A stretch of 62,208 nt of DNA, taken from positions 1 through 62,208 of the IMG/VR virus record IMGVR_UViG_3300048778_000101; one strand, 5' to 3'. Shown here piece by piece: positions 1 to 8,903 of this stretch. Origin of the DNA: a virus (lineage: Duplodnaviria; Caudoviricetes). Each line of letters begins with the position of its first letter. The first letter of the stretch is position 1. Below the pieces are notes generated by a model, which did no database searches, was not told where the DNA came from, and worked only from the letters and a program-made list of their open reading frames with translations. The position numbers and the translations under genes are program-made.

Positions 1-127
1 AGTGCCAAGCCATGCTCGACTTCCTCAAATCCCTTCGTAAATAGGGGTAAGTGAGATGGCTATCAACCGTAAACCCGGCTTCTACTGGGTCTACGAAGTC
101 TATCCCACAGGATGGATTGTTGCTCAA
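1..127. repeat. 127-bp exact terminal overlap with 62082-62208 (circular assembly)
   Basis: AGTGCCAAGCC...GGATTGTTGCTCAA is identical at both ends; ORFs run across the join. Confidence 0.97.
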
Positions 128-244
128 TATCTCGGCAACGGTACGTGGATTATCCCGGGCTGGGGATACACTTGCTGTGAGGATGACTTTGACCAAATCG
201 ACGAAAGGCAAACCTTCCACCCCCTGACTAGGAAAGGGTTCTAA
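56..244 (+). CDS. small hypothetical protein, GxYWV...YxGNGxW family (paralogue of 60094 and 61532 ORFs)
   Basis: PGFYWV..WIVAQYLGNGTW..IDERQTF matches IGYYWV..WMIAKYIGNGEW..IDERQIF; GGGG RBS. Confidence 0.75.
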   Translation: MAINRKPGFYWVYEVYPTGWIVAQYLGNGTWIIPGWGYTCCEDDFDQIDERQTFHPLTRKGF

Positions 245-246
245 CA

Positions 247-603
247 ATGCAACTATACTACTTCAACGCCACTTCAACTAGCGTACGGGCGCTCGAAGTT
301 CCCCTAGCCGTTGAAACTATGGAGTTCCAAATCCCAGTAGCCACATCCTTCATGCGATTGCATAGGGTAGCTGCTTATCTAACCCCTGAAACTGCCCAGC
401 AAGCCTATGGTAAAATGGCGGAATTGCGGGCCTCTCAAGTAACTCCGCTGGAAGATCGCGTGGGGGAGTTACAAGCCCAGTTTGACCAAATCAGCAAAGA
501 GCTTGATGAGGAGTTTGCGGCCGCTGAATTGGCCGAGGAAATGCTTGGGGAGACTATTTACAAATCCGCCTGGAAGGCTTTGGATGAACTAACCATCTTT
601 TGA
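247..603 (+). CDS. hypothetical protein with coiled-coil C-terminus
   Basis: ORF follows the previous gene directly; heptad-like LEDRVGELQAQFDQISKEL. Confidence 0.6.
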   Translation: MQLYYFNATSTSVRALEVPLAVETMEFQIPVATSFMRLHRVAAYLTPETAQQAYGKMAELRASQVTPLEDRVGELQAQFDQISKELDEEFAAAELAEEMLGETIYKSAWKALDELTIF

Positions 604-610
604 TAACTGC

Positions 611-655
611 CAGCTTGGGGGAATGTTCTCCGATCGCAGAGTTCCCCCCAAGCTG
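611..655 (+). terminator. strong hairpin (terminator or RNA-processing site)
   Basis: CAGCTTGGGGG...CCCCCAAGCTG 11-bp stem directly after the stop codon, followed by T/A-rich sequence. Confidence 0.55.
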
Positions 656-664
656 CTTTAAATA

Positions 665-818
665 ATTCGACTATTTTCCGATAATACCCTCTTGCTAGTT
701 GGTAAAATATCGGTATAATGAATTCAACGAATTCCAGAGGGGCTAGTGGATTGGTTGGTAATTAGGCTAATTAGATAATTTGTTAGTCAAATTACGTCTA
801 GCACTGTCAGTTCCAAGC
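665..818 (+). promoter_or_regulatory. sigma70-like promoter plus conserved leader, copy 1 (copy 2 at 58301-58454)
   Basis: TTGCTA(692)-16 bp-TATAAT(714); CTTGCTAGTTGGTAAAATAT and AGTTCCAAGC are shared with copy 2. Confidence 0.75.
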
Positions 819-852
819 GTAGTTCGATAGTCGCAATCAGGGCCCGGGAGAG

Positions 853-1227
853 TTGAAAATGCCTATGACCAGAAAAGTATACACTGCCATTGCGCAGCAA
901 ATACGACAAGTTTATCGGAGTAAATCTAGTAGCCCGGAAATCGAGGAGACTTTGCGTAGCTTGGCCGTGGCTATAGCCGATATTTTTGGGGCATCTAATC
1001 CCCGGTTTGATGAGGCTACATTCCTCATTGAAGCTCTAGGCCCGAAAGCACCTCAGAGTTGGCTCTTCGGCTGGGGGGAGGGAGCAATCCCGCTACAGCG
1101 GCCCGTCTGGCCTGCAACAACAATTGAGATCAAGGGCACTCAGACAGGCCGGATTGAAGGTTCTGCGGCTGGCAATAGCAACATAACCGATGGCAACGGC
1201 AAAGGGAAACAGTTCCCCGAAGTTTAA
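853..1227 (+). CDS. conserved small phage protein (MTRKxY...LA..F...NPRFD..FL type)
   Basis: MTRKVYTAIA...TLRSLAVAIADIFGASNPRFDEATFL; paralogous segment in the 60156 ORF. Confidence 0.7.
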   Translation: MKMPMTRKVYTAIAQQIRQVYRSKSSSPEIEETLRSLAVAIADIFGASNPRFDEATFLIEALGPKAPQSWLFGWGEGAIPLQRPVWPATTIEIKGTQTGRIEGSAAGNSNITDGNGKGKQFPEV

Positions 1228-1290
1228 ACTTCGGCGTGACCAGTTTCAAGGGAGCTTAAAATGGCAACTTGCTCTGAAAGGCTTTAACCA

Positions 1291-1692
1291 ATGACTAAGA
1301 TAGTCTATGATGCCGGCGCATTTATCCCCGACTTTCACCTTAGCCATATGGCTATGGAATTGTATGCAAAACTGGCAAAAAAGGACTGGCGGAAAGTTCG
1401 GCTGCAATTGGGGGATAGGGGCGATCCGGATTTTTACATCGAAGTTTGGGAGGAAGCTGACGGATCTCGCGTGAATACAAATGCTATACCCCGGCACGAC
1501 CCTGCTCTGGTAGAGGTAGTCGAAACCTTGCGGGACGGTGCCTCCGGTCTTGCTAGTTATCTGAAAGTAACAGAAATCCCAGATGGAAGCATCTACCGGA
1601 TCGAGAAAATAGCTCTTGGGGCGGAGCGCGTAGTAATTCCCGAAGATTTGGAGTGGATCAACCCCCGAGGTAATCCCGGAGCTTGGGAATGA
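1291..1692 (+). CDS. conserved hypothetical phage protein (RHDPxLVxVVE family)
   Basis: PRHDPALVEVVETL..ASG..SYLKVTEIPDG motif. Confidence 0.75.
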   Translation: MTKIVYDAGAFIPDFHLSHMAMELYAKLAKKDWRKVRLQLGDRGDPDFYIEVWEEADGSRVNTNAIPRHDPALVEVVETLRDGASGLASYLKVTEIPDGSIYRIEKIALGAERVVIPEDLEWINPRGNPGAWE

Positions 1693-1747
1693 GGGCCTTC
1701 TACGATAACTCTGACTTACAACGCTAACTCTGGAAGAGAGGTTCGCC

Positions 1748-2104
1748 GTGGCTAAAAAATTAGATCTCACAAAGCCTGTCCAAACCAAAGGCGGAAAGCC
1801 TGTTAGGATTATCTGCACAGACTCCGGCATTCTGGGATACCCTTTAGTTGGAATTATCGAGTACAGCAAAGGGGTATCCCAGATTGAGTCCTTCACCGAG
1901 GTGGGGCGTGCGACCCGCCTCGGCGTCTTAGAGGATTTGGAAAACATTCCCGAAAAACACACAGCTTGGGTTGCCCTTCACAGGCTCCCTAATGGGGAAG
2001 TTGTCCCGGCAGGGCTTTACGAAAGGCGGGAAAAAGCGGAACTGGCAGATACAAAACTTGGGACTAGCTTCGTTGTAGCTATTAAACTTGAGTGGGAGGA
2101 CTAA
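1748..2104 (+). CDS. hypothetical phage protein (KPVQT..G..V.I.CT family), paralogue of 14225-14584
   Basis: TKPVQTKGGKPVRIICTD..YPLVG...WED. Confidence 0.75.
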   Translation: MAKKLDLTKPVQTKGGKPVRIICTDSGILGYPLVGIIEYSKGVSQIESFTEVGRATRLGVLEDLENIPEKHTAWVALHRLPNGEVVPAGLYERREKAELADTKLGTSFVVAIKLEWED

Positions 2105-2106
2105 CC

Positions 2107-2421
2107 ATGAAAGTTCGCTGGACGCATGCCATTTGGGTAACTGTGTATGCCCTCACAAACTGCGAGGATTACCCGGAATATGACGAGGACGTTCAAATTC
2201 TGCTCACGGTGGAAGCCGCTGTAGACAGGCCACGGCTTGGGGAGCTTTCCGACAGCGACGGGTTGGAACTTATCCAATGGGAGATTAATAGCTCCGCATC
2301 CGGGAAGCTTAAGCACTGGCGACTTCCAATACTCCCGCAAGATTTGGTCATCTGGGAGGCTATCGAGAACTGGTGGGCAGAGTCTTCCGTAGAGTGCTGG
2401 GATAGTTACGAGGAAATCTGA
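2107..2421 (+). CDS. acidic hypothetical protein
   Basis: GGAGG RBS before ATG 2107; continues the operon. Confidence 0.6.
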   Translation: MKVRWTHAIWVTVYALTNCEDYPEYDEDVQILLTVEAAVDRPRLGELSDSDGLELIQWEINSSASGKLKHWRLPILPQDLVIWEAIENWWAESSVECWDSYEEI

Positions 2422-2435
2422 GAGGGCGAAAAGAA

Positions 2436-2903
2436 ATGTCAGAAAAACTCTCGGAGCGGCATATGAAATTAGCTCTAATCTGGCGCCGCTCCAACTTATC
2501 CCCCGTGGTGATAGACTGCCAACTTCCGAGCAATGCTCAGCGCATTAGATTGGAACTATATCAGGCCCGACGTAGCTATCTCAATCTCCCGCAGGAATTG
2601 CAGGACGCCGCGACAGTGGAGGCTATGCAACTTAATTGCGTGACAACCCTGGCAGATCCCTTTTCCCGGTCTAAGTGTCTCCTGTCCTTGGGCAGGGGTT
2701 CCACAGACTATCTGATAGAGAGTGCCCTAAAGGAGATCGCTAAAGAGGATGCTGCCAACGGGCCTAAAGTTCTAGCACAACCGTCCAAACCTCTAGTTAT
2801 GCTAACTTCGCCAGAAACTGCCAGCGAGGTGGCCCGCTCCAGGGATGTCCTGGAAAAATTCAACGTAAAAGCCGCTCTCGAGGAATTGGGAAACCTCGGC
2901 TAG
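2436..2903 (+). CDS. hypothetical protein
   Basis: 155-aa ORF with RBS. Confidence 0.6.
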   Translation: MSEKLSERHMKLALIWRRSNLSPVVIDCQLPSNAQRIRLELYQARRSYLNLPQELQDAATVEAMQLNCVTTLADPFSRSKCLLSLGRGSTDYLIESALKEIAKEDAANGPKVLAQPSKPLVMLTSPETASEVARSRDVLEKFNVKAALEELGNLG

Positions 2904-2965
2904 TCAAGGATAGTCACAGACCAGCAGCCGATGCAGGCTTTTCCGGCTTGTGTCGGCTGTTTCTA

Positions 2966-2994
2966 TTGCTAGAATTCTTCGCCAGGGGTATAAA
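2966..2994 (+). promoter_or_regulatory. sigma70-like promoter
   Basis: TTGCTA-17 bp-TATAAA, preceded by hairpin CAGCCGATGCA/TGTGTCGGCTG and followed by AAGGAG RBS. Confidence 0.6.
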
Positions 2995-3036
2995 GGGGGC
3001 AGGAAAAACGTTACCATCTCACAAGGAGATTTAAAA

Positions 3037-3651
3037 ATGTCCGAATACTCCGAAACTTCCGAGGAAGTCGAAACCACCCACTCGGGTTCTGGCAAGGAAC
3101 CTGTTTCCGTGACTATGGAAGACGGCCGCGTCGTGAAGTTCCCGCCCCGTCGGCGAAGCATTCGCACTATCTGGGAAGATGCTGAAGGGCAGTTGCATGC
3201 CCGAGTTGATTTCGACAACGGCCGCATCGTCAGCTTGGATGTTCCCGAGTGGTCTATCAAGGAACTGGCTGCTCGCGGCGTGGAACTTACTTTCAGCCCG
3301 CTCATCAATGCCCCGGATAGTACCGATCAGGCCGTGGATAATGTGGAAGAGTTGGTTGAACGCTTTAACTCCGGGGATCGGAGCATCTTCACCAAGGCGA
3401 ACTCTGTCCCCTCTTTGCAGGTGTCCATCCTGGCGCAGGCGCTGTTTAACTACTGGGAGGCTGCTGGCAAGCCGAAAGACCTGGAAGTTATCAGCAGGTG
3501 GCTCAAGGAGCAGAACCATTCCGCCAAGTTGAAACTGCGGAAGTCGGCGGAGATCAAGCCCTTCGTCGATGCCCTGGAAGCGCAGAAGCGTCCGGTCAAG
3601 AGGGACGACACGGCTGCCAGCGCCTTGCTGGAAAGCCTGCTGGCCGCCTGA
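3037..3651 (+). CDS. hypothetical protein, paralogue of 56062-56640
   Basis: AAGGAG RBS before ATG 3037; shared pattern LAxxG...L.SG.W/D...L..A...K..E.I...L...LL..L. Confidence 0.75.
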   Translation: MSEYSETSEEVETTHSGSGKEPVSVTMEDGRVVKFPPRRRSIRTIWEDAEGQLHARVDFDNGRIVSLDVPEWSIKELAARGVELTFSPLINAPDSTDQAVDNVEELVERFNSGDRSIFTKANSVPSLQVSILAQALFNYWEAAGKPKDLEVISRWLKEQNHSAKLKLRKSAEIKPFVDALEAQKRPVKRDDTAASALLESLLAA

Positions 3652-3688
3652 TAGGTGCAATCAGCCGTATACTAAAACGGCGCAAGAC

Positions 3689-3734
3689 GCGACCCCGGAG
3701 GGCTGTAACGGCTTTCCGGGGTTGCTTTATTTTT
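3689..3734 (+). terminator. Rho-independent terminator
   Basis: GCGACCCCGGAGGGCTG/CGGCTTTCCGGGGTTGC stem followed by TTTATTTTT. Confidence 0.8.
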
Positions 3735-3758
3735 GGCGTATGCCTTGTACGATTTCCG

Positions 3759-3787
3759 TTGCATGTATGGCATAGACCCTCTATATT
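3759..3787 (+). promoter_or_regulatory. sigma70-like promoter
   Basis: TTGCAT-17 bp-TATATT downstream of the terminator. Confidence 0.5.
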
Positions 3788-3814
3788 CCTATTTGAAGCA
3801 AGGGAGTTGAAAAC

Positions 3815-4012
3815 ATGAAAGTGGTTCTGAAGAAATGCGACGATGGTTCAACAGCCGTCGAGACGGAAACCCCCGGAGGCGTCTGGATGGTGGATTATGA
3901 CTGGGCCACACAACTGGAGAGTTTTAAAGACTTCCGAGAAGTTGTTCTGGATCTGCCGCTGCTGAAAGCTTGCCGGACTTTCGGCTTTGAAGTGTCCGAA
4001 GATCCCAAGTGA
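3815..4012 (+). CDS. hypothetical protein
   Basis: GGGAG RBS, 65 aa. Confidence 0.55.
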   Translation: MKVVLKKCDDGSTAVETETPGGVWMVDYDWATQLESFKDFREVVLDLPLLKACRTFGFEVSEDPK

Positions 4013-4046
4013 GACTTTGTAAATCTTAATCCCGGAGGAAACTGCC

Positions 4047-4205
4047 ATGAAACCTGAAGAAGACCTGGAACTAAAACGAAAGACAACTTTCCGTCTGTTG
4101 GCGATACTGGTAGTTAGTTATGCGATTGCCGGGGGGCTGGCGGTCTTTATGGCTGCGTCTATTGAGGCATGTCATCGGGCGGAGGCAATCAACTATCATG
4201 ACTGA
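4047..4205 (+). CDS. small single-TM membrane protein (not in ORF track)
   Basis: GGAGG RBS; MKPEEDLELKRKTTFRLLAILVVSYAIAGGLAVFMAASIEACHRAEAINYHD. Confidence 0.6.
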   Translation: MKPEEDLELKRKTTFRLLAILVVSYAIAGGLAVFMAASIEACHRAEAINYHD

Positions 4206-4620
4206 CAACGACGACTTAGACGCTCTTCTGCTGGCGCTAACTCCGGCTAAGATCCGGCCAGATGAACCCGATACCGCTAAGAGAAAAGCTGTACAGGAGC
4301 AATTGCGTCGGCAGGGGCCTGAGTTTGAATGGACTACCATTTCCCACTTAGCTATGATGAGCGTGTTCCAGTGCTCTCGGTGCGGAGATGAGGTGGTGGC
4401 ATTCTCCCACTACATGTTGCGACAGACGCACAGAACTAGCAGAATAACCCGGTTTGTAGCGGCTACGCCAGTCATCTTGGCCGAAACGCTGCCTGGGGCG
4501 CTCGGTAAGCCTGATGAAGTCGGCTTTCAGATTAAGACGGTTCCCCACTGCACGAAATGTTTGCAAGTGGATTTCAGTGGAATAGACTATCTCCGTAGCC
4601 TTGTTGTGAGGATTGGGTAA
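4198..4620 (+). CDS. hypothetical Zn-binding protein
   Basis: GGAGG RBS before ATG 4198; CSRC...CTKC. Confidence 0.6.
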   Translation: MTDNDDLDALLLALTPAKIRPDEPDTAKRKAVQEQLRRQGPEFEWTTISHLAMMSVFQCSRCGDEVVAFSHYMLRQTHRTSRITRFVAATPVILAETLPGALGKPDEVGFQIKTVPHCTKCLQVDFSGIDYLRSLVVRIG

Positions 4621-5237
4621 TGATTGTAACGACGGAATTGCTGCAGGGGGCCGTCCCTGGCCTGGAGCGGGTGGAATTTTGGGCAACTAGGTTGGCGCCG
4701 GTACTGTCTGACTACTGTATTTCAGACACACCGGAACGGCTGGCGGCTTATATTGCAGTCACCGCACATGAAACTGGGAATTATACAGATCTGGAGGAAA
4801 ATCTAAACTATACAGAAGCGGGACTTGTGAAAACTTGGCCCGAGCGTTTTAACCAACAGACTGCGGGAACTTACGCGCATAACGCAGTAGTTATAGCTAA
4901 CCGGGCTTATGCAAATCGGATGGGGAATGGCCCGGAAAGTTCAGGAGATGGCTACCGTTATCGTGGTCGCGGGCTTATACAACTTACGGGAAAGGATAAT
5001 TATCTCAAATATGGGTACATGATGGAACTGGATCTACTCAACAAGCCCGACCTACTGGCCCAGCCAAATCTCGCCATCGAAAGCTCCGCCATCTTCTGGA
5101 CAAATCACAACCTCAATGACTTGGCGGATGCTGGAAACTTCCAAGAACTGCGAAGAATTGTCAATGGTGGAACTATCGGAATGACGGACTATCTGAAACG
5201 TCTTGACACAGCCCTGACCTATCTGCGGAGTTTGTGA
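4620..5237 (+). CDS. endolysin, glycoside hydrolase family 19
   Basis: AHETG...EENLNY...GDGYRYRGRGLIQLTGKDNY...VNGG. Confidence 0.93.
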   Translation: MIVTTELLQGAVPGLERVEFWATRLAPVLSDYCISDTPERLAAYIAVTAHETGNYTDLEENLNYTEAGLVKTWPERFNQQTAGTYAHNAVVIANRAYANRMGNGPESSGDGYRYRGRGLIQLTGKDNYLKYGYMMELDLLNKPDLLAQPNLAIESSAIFWTNHNLNDLADAGNFQELRRIVNGGTIGMTDYLKRLDTALTYLRSL

Positions 5238-5339
5238 AAATGCCATATCTCCCCTGGTATCCTATCTATTTGGCAGCCGTGTGTAATTTGCGCTGGTATG
5301 CCCTGGCGGTAAAAGCTCTCAAGCCTCGGAAGTCGTAAC

Positions 5340-5693
5340 ATGCGGGCCTCTCCTACGCGCAAACGAATTACCCTGTCGGCCGATCTGGCGCAAAAGCTGG
5401 ATAAACTTCTCTGGTCTTCTCTTGCCGGGGGGGTTCCGAAGGCAGCCTGGGATCAGTTCGTAGAAGAGGCCCTTTCCCGCGAACTGCATCGTCGGGTGGG
5501 GACTAGCCCCGTTAAATTGGGACAGGGCACCCAATTAGTTCCGAAAGCCTTAACCGAAGCCATGCGAATGGCTGCCCGCCGCGCCCTCATGGAGGATTAT
5601 ATAGAAGGGAATTATCCTAATCTTCCTACTTTTATCAGGGAGGTTAACATCGATCGTGTATGGGTAACTGTTTTAAGTTCGGGAGTTAAGTAA
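5340..5693 (+). CDS. hypothetical protein, possibly ribbon-helix-helix DNA-binding
   Basis: RKRITLSADLAQKLD...QFVEEALSREL strand-helix-helix pattern. Confidence 0.45.
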   Translation: MRASPTRKRITLSADLAQKLDKLLWSSLAGGVPKAAWDQFVEEALSRELHRRVGTSPVKLGQGTQLVPKALTEAMRMAARRALMEDYIEGNYPNLPTFIREVNIDRVWVTVLSSGVK

Positions 5694-7009
5694 TGGACCC
5701 AGCATTCGACCTGTCCCTGGAGGATTTCTATGATACACATGTTTCAGGGTCTGCAGATAGTCTTAACGAAGGGCAACGAGCGTTCATAGCTAAGGCGCTG
5801 GAGTTTTTGCGTAGTTCATCTAGCTTTTTCCTGGTCCAAGGCGCGGCCGGGGTTGGAAAAACCTATTCCGTGAAGGAACTGGTAACAGAAGCTGGCGGAA
5901 AGTTTGCTTATACCGCCCCAACCAACAAGGCTACCAAAGTTTTGCGGGAAGCCTTGACTACGGAAAATTTTCAGCCCTACTGTAGAACTATCTATTCCAT
6001 TCTCGGACTACGCCTAACCCCCCAAGGGGATGTTAAAGAGATCGTAGAGCGTGAGGAGGGGGTTAATCTAACTTCCTTCAAGGCAATTATTGTCGATGAA
6101 GCCTCTATGATCAATGCGGCGCTGTGGAAGTACATTAAAAATGCATCCCGCCAACAGGGGGTTAAATTCATTTTCTTGGGAGATCCTGCGCAATTGCCGC
6201 CTGTTGGGGAAGTCCGCTCGCCTGTCTGGGAACTGCCCGTTGATGTAACCCTATCTGCGGTAATTCGGCATGATAATCAAATTCTAACGTTAGTTACGGG
6301 GATCAGGAAATTAGTTAATCACATAGCTCCGACTTTTCACCCCCGTTCGGATAATGACGGAACCGAAGGTATTTGGGCCTTGACTAGGGCGGAGTTTTCT
6401 CGTCAAATATCCGGGGCTTATGAAGATTTGTCAGCGCCTAATAACAAAGCTAAGGTAGTCGCTTGGCGCAACGTAACTGTAGAGGGCTATAATAAGATTA
6501 TCCGAAATAGGCTATTTCCGGGAACTACGCTAACCTGGCTTCCAGAGGATAGAATTGTCCTAACAGAACCTGTTCAGGATTTGGACACCGGGAAGATAGT
6601 TGCACAAACTGACGACGAGGGGACTATTCTGCGGGTGGAGGTAGACGTACACCCGGATTACGCTGATATAACCTGTTGGGTGCTGCTAATTAAGCTAGAT
6701 GACGGCCCTATTATAAGACTTTTCATTTTGCACGAAACTGCCAAAACTGCTTATGATGGGCGAATTGCCAAACTAAAGCATATGGCGATGCTTCGGCGAA
6801 GCGCCTGGGCAGATTTTTGGGAATTTGTGGGGAAGTTCCATAAAGCGAAACACGCCTATGCCATAACTGCTCACAGATCGCAGGGATCTACCTACGATAC
6901 GGTATATGTTGACTGGCGGGATATCTGGCTCAACCACAACAGGTCGGAAGCTATGCGCTGCCTCTATGTGGCACTAACCCGCCCACGTAAGCGTTTATTC
7001 CTTGGGTAA
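5693..7009 (+). CDS. dda: SF1B DNA helicase, T4 Dda/RecD-like
   Basis: GAAGVGKT, APTNKA, IIVDEASM, GDPAQLPPV, YAITAHRSQGSTY, LYVALTR. Confidence 0.9.
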   Translation: MDPAFDLSLEDFYDTHVSGSADSLNEGQRAFIAKALEFLRSSSSFFLVQGAAGVGKTYSVKELVTEAGGKFAYTAPTNKATKVLREALTTENFQPYCRTIYSILGLRLTPQGDVKEIVEREEGVNLTSFKAIIVDEASMINAALWKYIKNASRQQGVKFIFLGDPAQLPPVGEVRSPVWELPVDVTLSAVIRHDNQILTLVTGIRKLVNHIAPTFHPRSDNDGTEGIWALTRAEFSRQISGAYEDLSAPNNKAKVVAWRNVTVEGYNKIIRNRLFPGTTLTWLPEDRIVLTEPVQDLDTGKIVAQTDDEGTILRVEVDVHPDYADITCWVLLIKLDDGPIIRLFILHETAKTAYDGRIAKLKHMAMLRRSAWADFWEFVGKFHKAKHAYAITAHRSQGSTYDTVYVDWRDIWLNHNRSEAMRCLYVALTRPRKRLFLG

Positions 7010-7023
7010 TTAGTACATTCCAC

Positions 7024-7052
7024 TTGCCCCTTTAAAGAACTTTTGCTATACT
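7024..7052 (+). promoter_or_regulatory. sigma70-like promoter (extended -10)
   Basis: TTGCCC-17 bp-TATACT with TG upstream; AGGAGG RBS follows. Confidence 0.6.
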
Positions 7053-7091
7053 CTCTACAGATGGGAGCTGAAACTTTTAGGAGGTTTTAAA

Positions 7092-7343
7092 ATGTCTATG
7101 AGCCCCCAAGAAGAACTAGCCATAATCCGAGCAAAATCAATAGCCGGGACGGCTACCTTGGAAGATACAAAACGTGCTGTGTTAATCTGCCGTCAGGATA
7201 GGTTCGCAGCGGCCTCGGCTGCGGCTACGAAAGTTGCGGCAAAAGTGGCTAAGGCAACTGCTGCTGTGGAAAAGGCGGGAAAGAGGCCAGCTAAGAAACC
7301 GCTGGAAACTCTCGACCTGCTGAAGGCTCTTGAAGAGTTCTAA
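7092..7343 (+). CDS. small Ala/Lys-rich protein
   Basis: AAATKVAAKVAKATAAVEKAGK; strong RBS. Confidence 0.65.
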   Translation: MSMSPQEELAIIRAKSIAGTATLEDTKRAVLICRQDRFAAASAAATKVAAKVAKATAAVEKAGKRPAKKPLETLDLLKALEEF

Positions 7344-7363
7344 ACTGCAACGGGAGATAATTC

Positions 7364-8323
7364 ATGTCGCACCCATTCGGAACTGAGCCTGTTTTCTTCC
7401 CGCCCGTAATCGATAGTACAATGATTGCTGCTTTTCGCAGTTGCCCTATGAAGATGTTCCTTACCTATGTTCTACATTACAAGCCTAAGGCGGAAAGTGT
7501 GCATCTGCATGCCGGTGGGGTATTTGCCAGCGGCCTGGAAGAGGTCCGTCGAAGTTTCTTTGAACGCGGCTGTTCCTCCGAAGAGTCTATCGCAAATGGC
7601 GTGGGAACTGTTCTGAAACTTTACGGATACTTTGAACCACCCTATGGTAGCGCCAAGTCCTGGGAACGTGTTGCAGGGGCTTTAGTCTACTATTTCGATG
7701 AGTTCCCTCTGGCCGGTGGAACTATGCCCCCCTATCGCTTTCCGAATGGGGATTTTGGGATAGAGTATAGTTTCGCCGAACCCCTACCAATCCGTCATCC
7801 GCAGACCGGAGTTCCTATACTCTACACAGGCCGAAGTGATCAGATAGTTTCGTGGGCCGGGGGGGTTTATATTGAAGACGATAAGACAACTTCCCAGCTA
7901 GGAACCACTTGGGCACAGCAGTATGAGCACCGGAGCCAATTTACGGGGTACTGCTGGGCAGCGCAGAGGGCTGGGATAGATGCCGTTGGGGTGGTGGTCC
8001 GCGGGATTGCTATCCGCAAAACTGGCTACGACAGTCAAGAGATCGTAACCTACCGAGCCCCCTGGGAGATCGACCGCTGGTTCGAGCAAACTTGCCGAGA
8101 TATCCAGCGCATGATTAAATGCTGGGAGGAGAACCATTGGGATTATAACTTGGACCATGCTTGCACGGAATTTGGGGGATGCACCTTTGCAGGTCAGGTG
8201 TGTAAGTCCCCAGAGCCGCAAGGTTGGCTAGATACCCACTACACCCAAAAAGTTTGGGATCCGGCCAGTCATGCCGAAATTACTCCCGCAGAGTGGCTAG
8301 ATAGGTGGCGCGGAAAGTCCTGA
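7364..8323 (+). CDS. Cas4-like PD-(D/E)XK exonuclease with probable Fe-S cysteines
   Basis: RSCP; IEYSF..GRSD..IEDDKT..QFTGY; C-terminal ACTEFGGC..QVC. Confidence 0.85.
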   Translation: MSHPFGTEPVFFPPVIDSTMIAAFRSCPMKMFLTYVLHYKPKAESVHLHAGGVFASGLEEVRRSFFERGCSSEESIANGVGTVLKLYGYFEPPYGSAKSWERVAGALVYYFDEFPLAGGTMPPYRFPNGDFGIEYSFAEPLPIRHPQTGVPILYTGRSDQIVSWAGGVYIEDDKTTSQLGTTWAQQYEHRSQFTGYCWAAQRAGIDAVGVVVRGIAIRKTGYDSQEIVTYRAPWEIDRWFEQTCRDIQRMIKCWEENHWDYNLDHACTEFGGCTFAGQVCKSPEPQGWLDTHYTQKVWDPASHAEITPAEWLDRWRGKS

Positions 8324-8344
8324 AGTTCCCATAAAGAGGTTAAA

Positions 8345-8530
8345 ATGACCGATCGCACTGCACTTCTGTTAGCAATCTATCGTATACTGGAGGAAACTTA
8401 CCCCCTTGGAAGGGTAGTTCCTAAAAAACTTCCCCTAGGGAAACTAGGCAGAGCTATTCTAGACTATGAAGCCGCAATTCAAACTATTTTCGATGAAATT
8501 GGTGCGGCCCTTAACATCCCGGAGGAGTAA
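8345..8530 (+). CDS. hypothetical protein
   Basis: GAGG RBS; within operon. Confidence 0.5.
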   Translation: MTDRTALLLAIYRILEETYPLGRVVPKKLPLGKLGRAILDYEAAIQTIFDEIGAALNIPEE

Positions 8531-8535
8531 TCTTC

Positions 8536-8892
8536 ATGGACTACATCCTATCCAGCGCAGCACCGGCCACCAGAACTATCTATCACCACTCTAGGTTTCT
8601 TGTGGAATTCCGGCAAGCTATTGCGTGGTCGATGCCTCAGGAGCCTGCCGGCTGGATTATGTCCCGTTCCTACCTTTACCTATGCCCCACTTGCGGAAAA
8701 CTGTGGGCGATGTCTCCGTTGAAGCTATTTAGTGGGGTATCCGTACCATTCACTTCAGTTTGGGGGATTTGCGAAGCTTGTGGGGGATCAGAAAGTTTTC
8801 TAGCCAACTCTTTCGGGGAATGCGTACATGACTTTGCGCTCTTCGAGGCCCTTCCCCACAAGCTTATGTCCCGCGAGCTTAACCTTCTCTAA
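8536..8892 (+). CDS. hypothetical Zn-finger protein
   Basis: CPTCGKLW...CEAC. Confidence 0.6.
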   Translation: MDYILSSAAPATRTIYHHSRFLVEFRQAIAWSMPQEPAGWIMSRSYLYLCPTCGKLWAMSPLKLFSGVSVPFTSVWGICEACGGSESFLANSFGECVHDFALFEALPHKLMSRELNLL

Positions 8893-8903
8893 CTAAGAAA
8901 GGC

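Noticed and set aside
7364-8323. Cas4-like gene as part of a CRISPR-Cas system
   Set aside because: No repeat-spacer array or other cas genes; the context is a phage recombination module.
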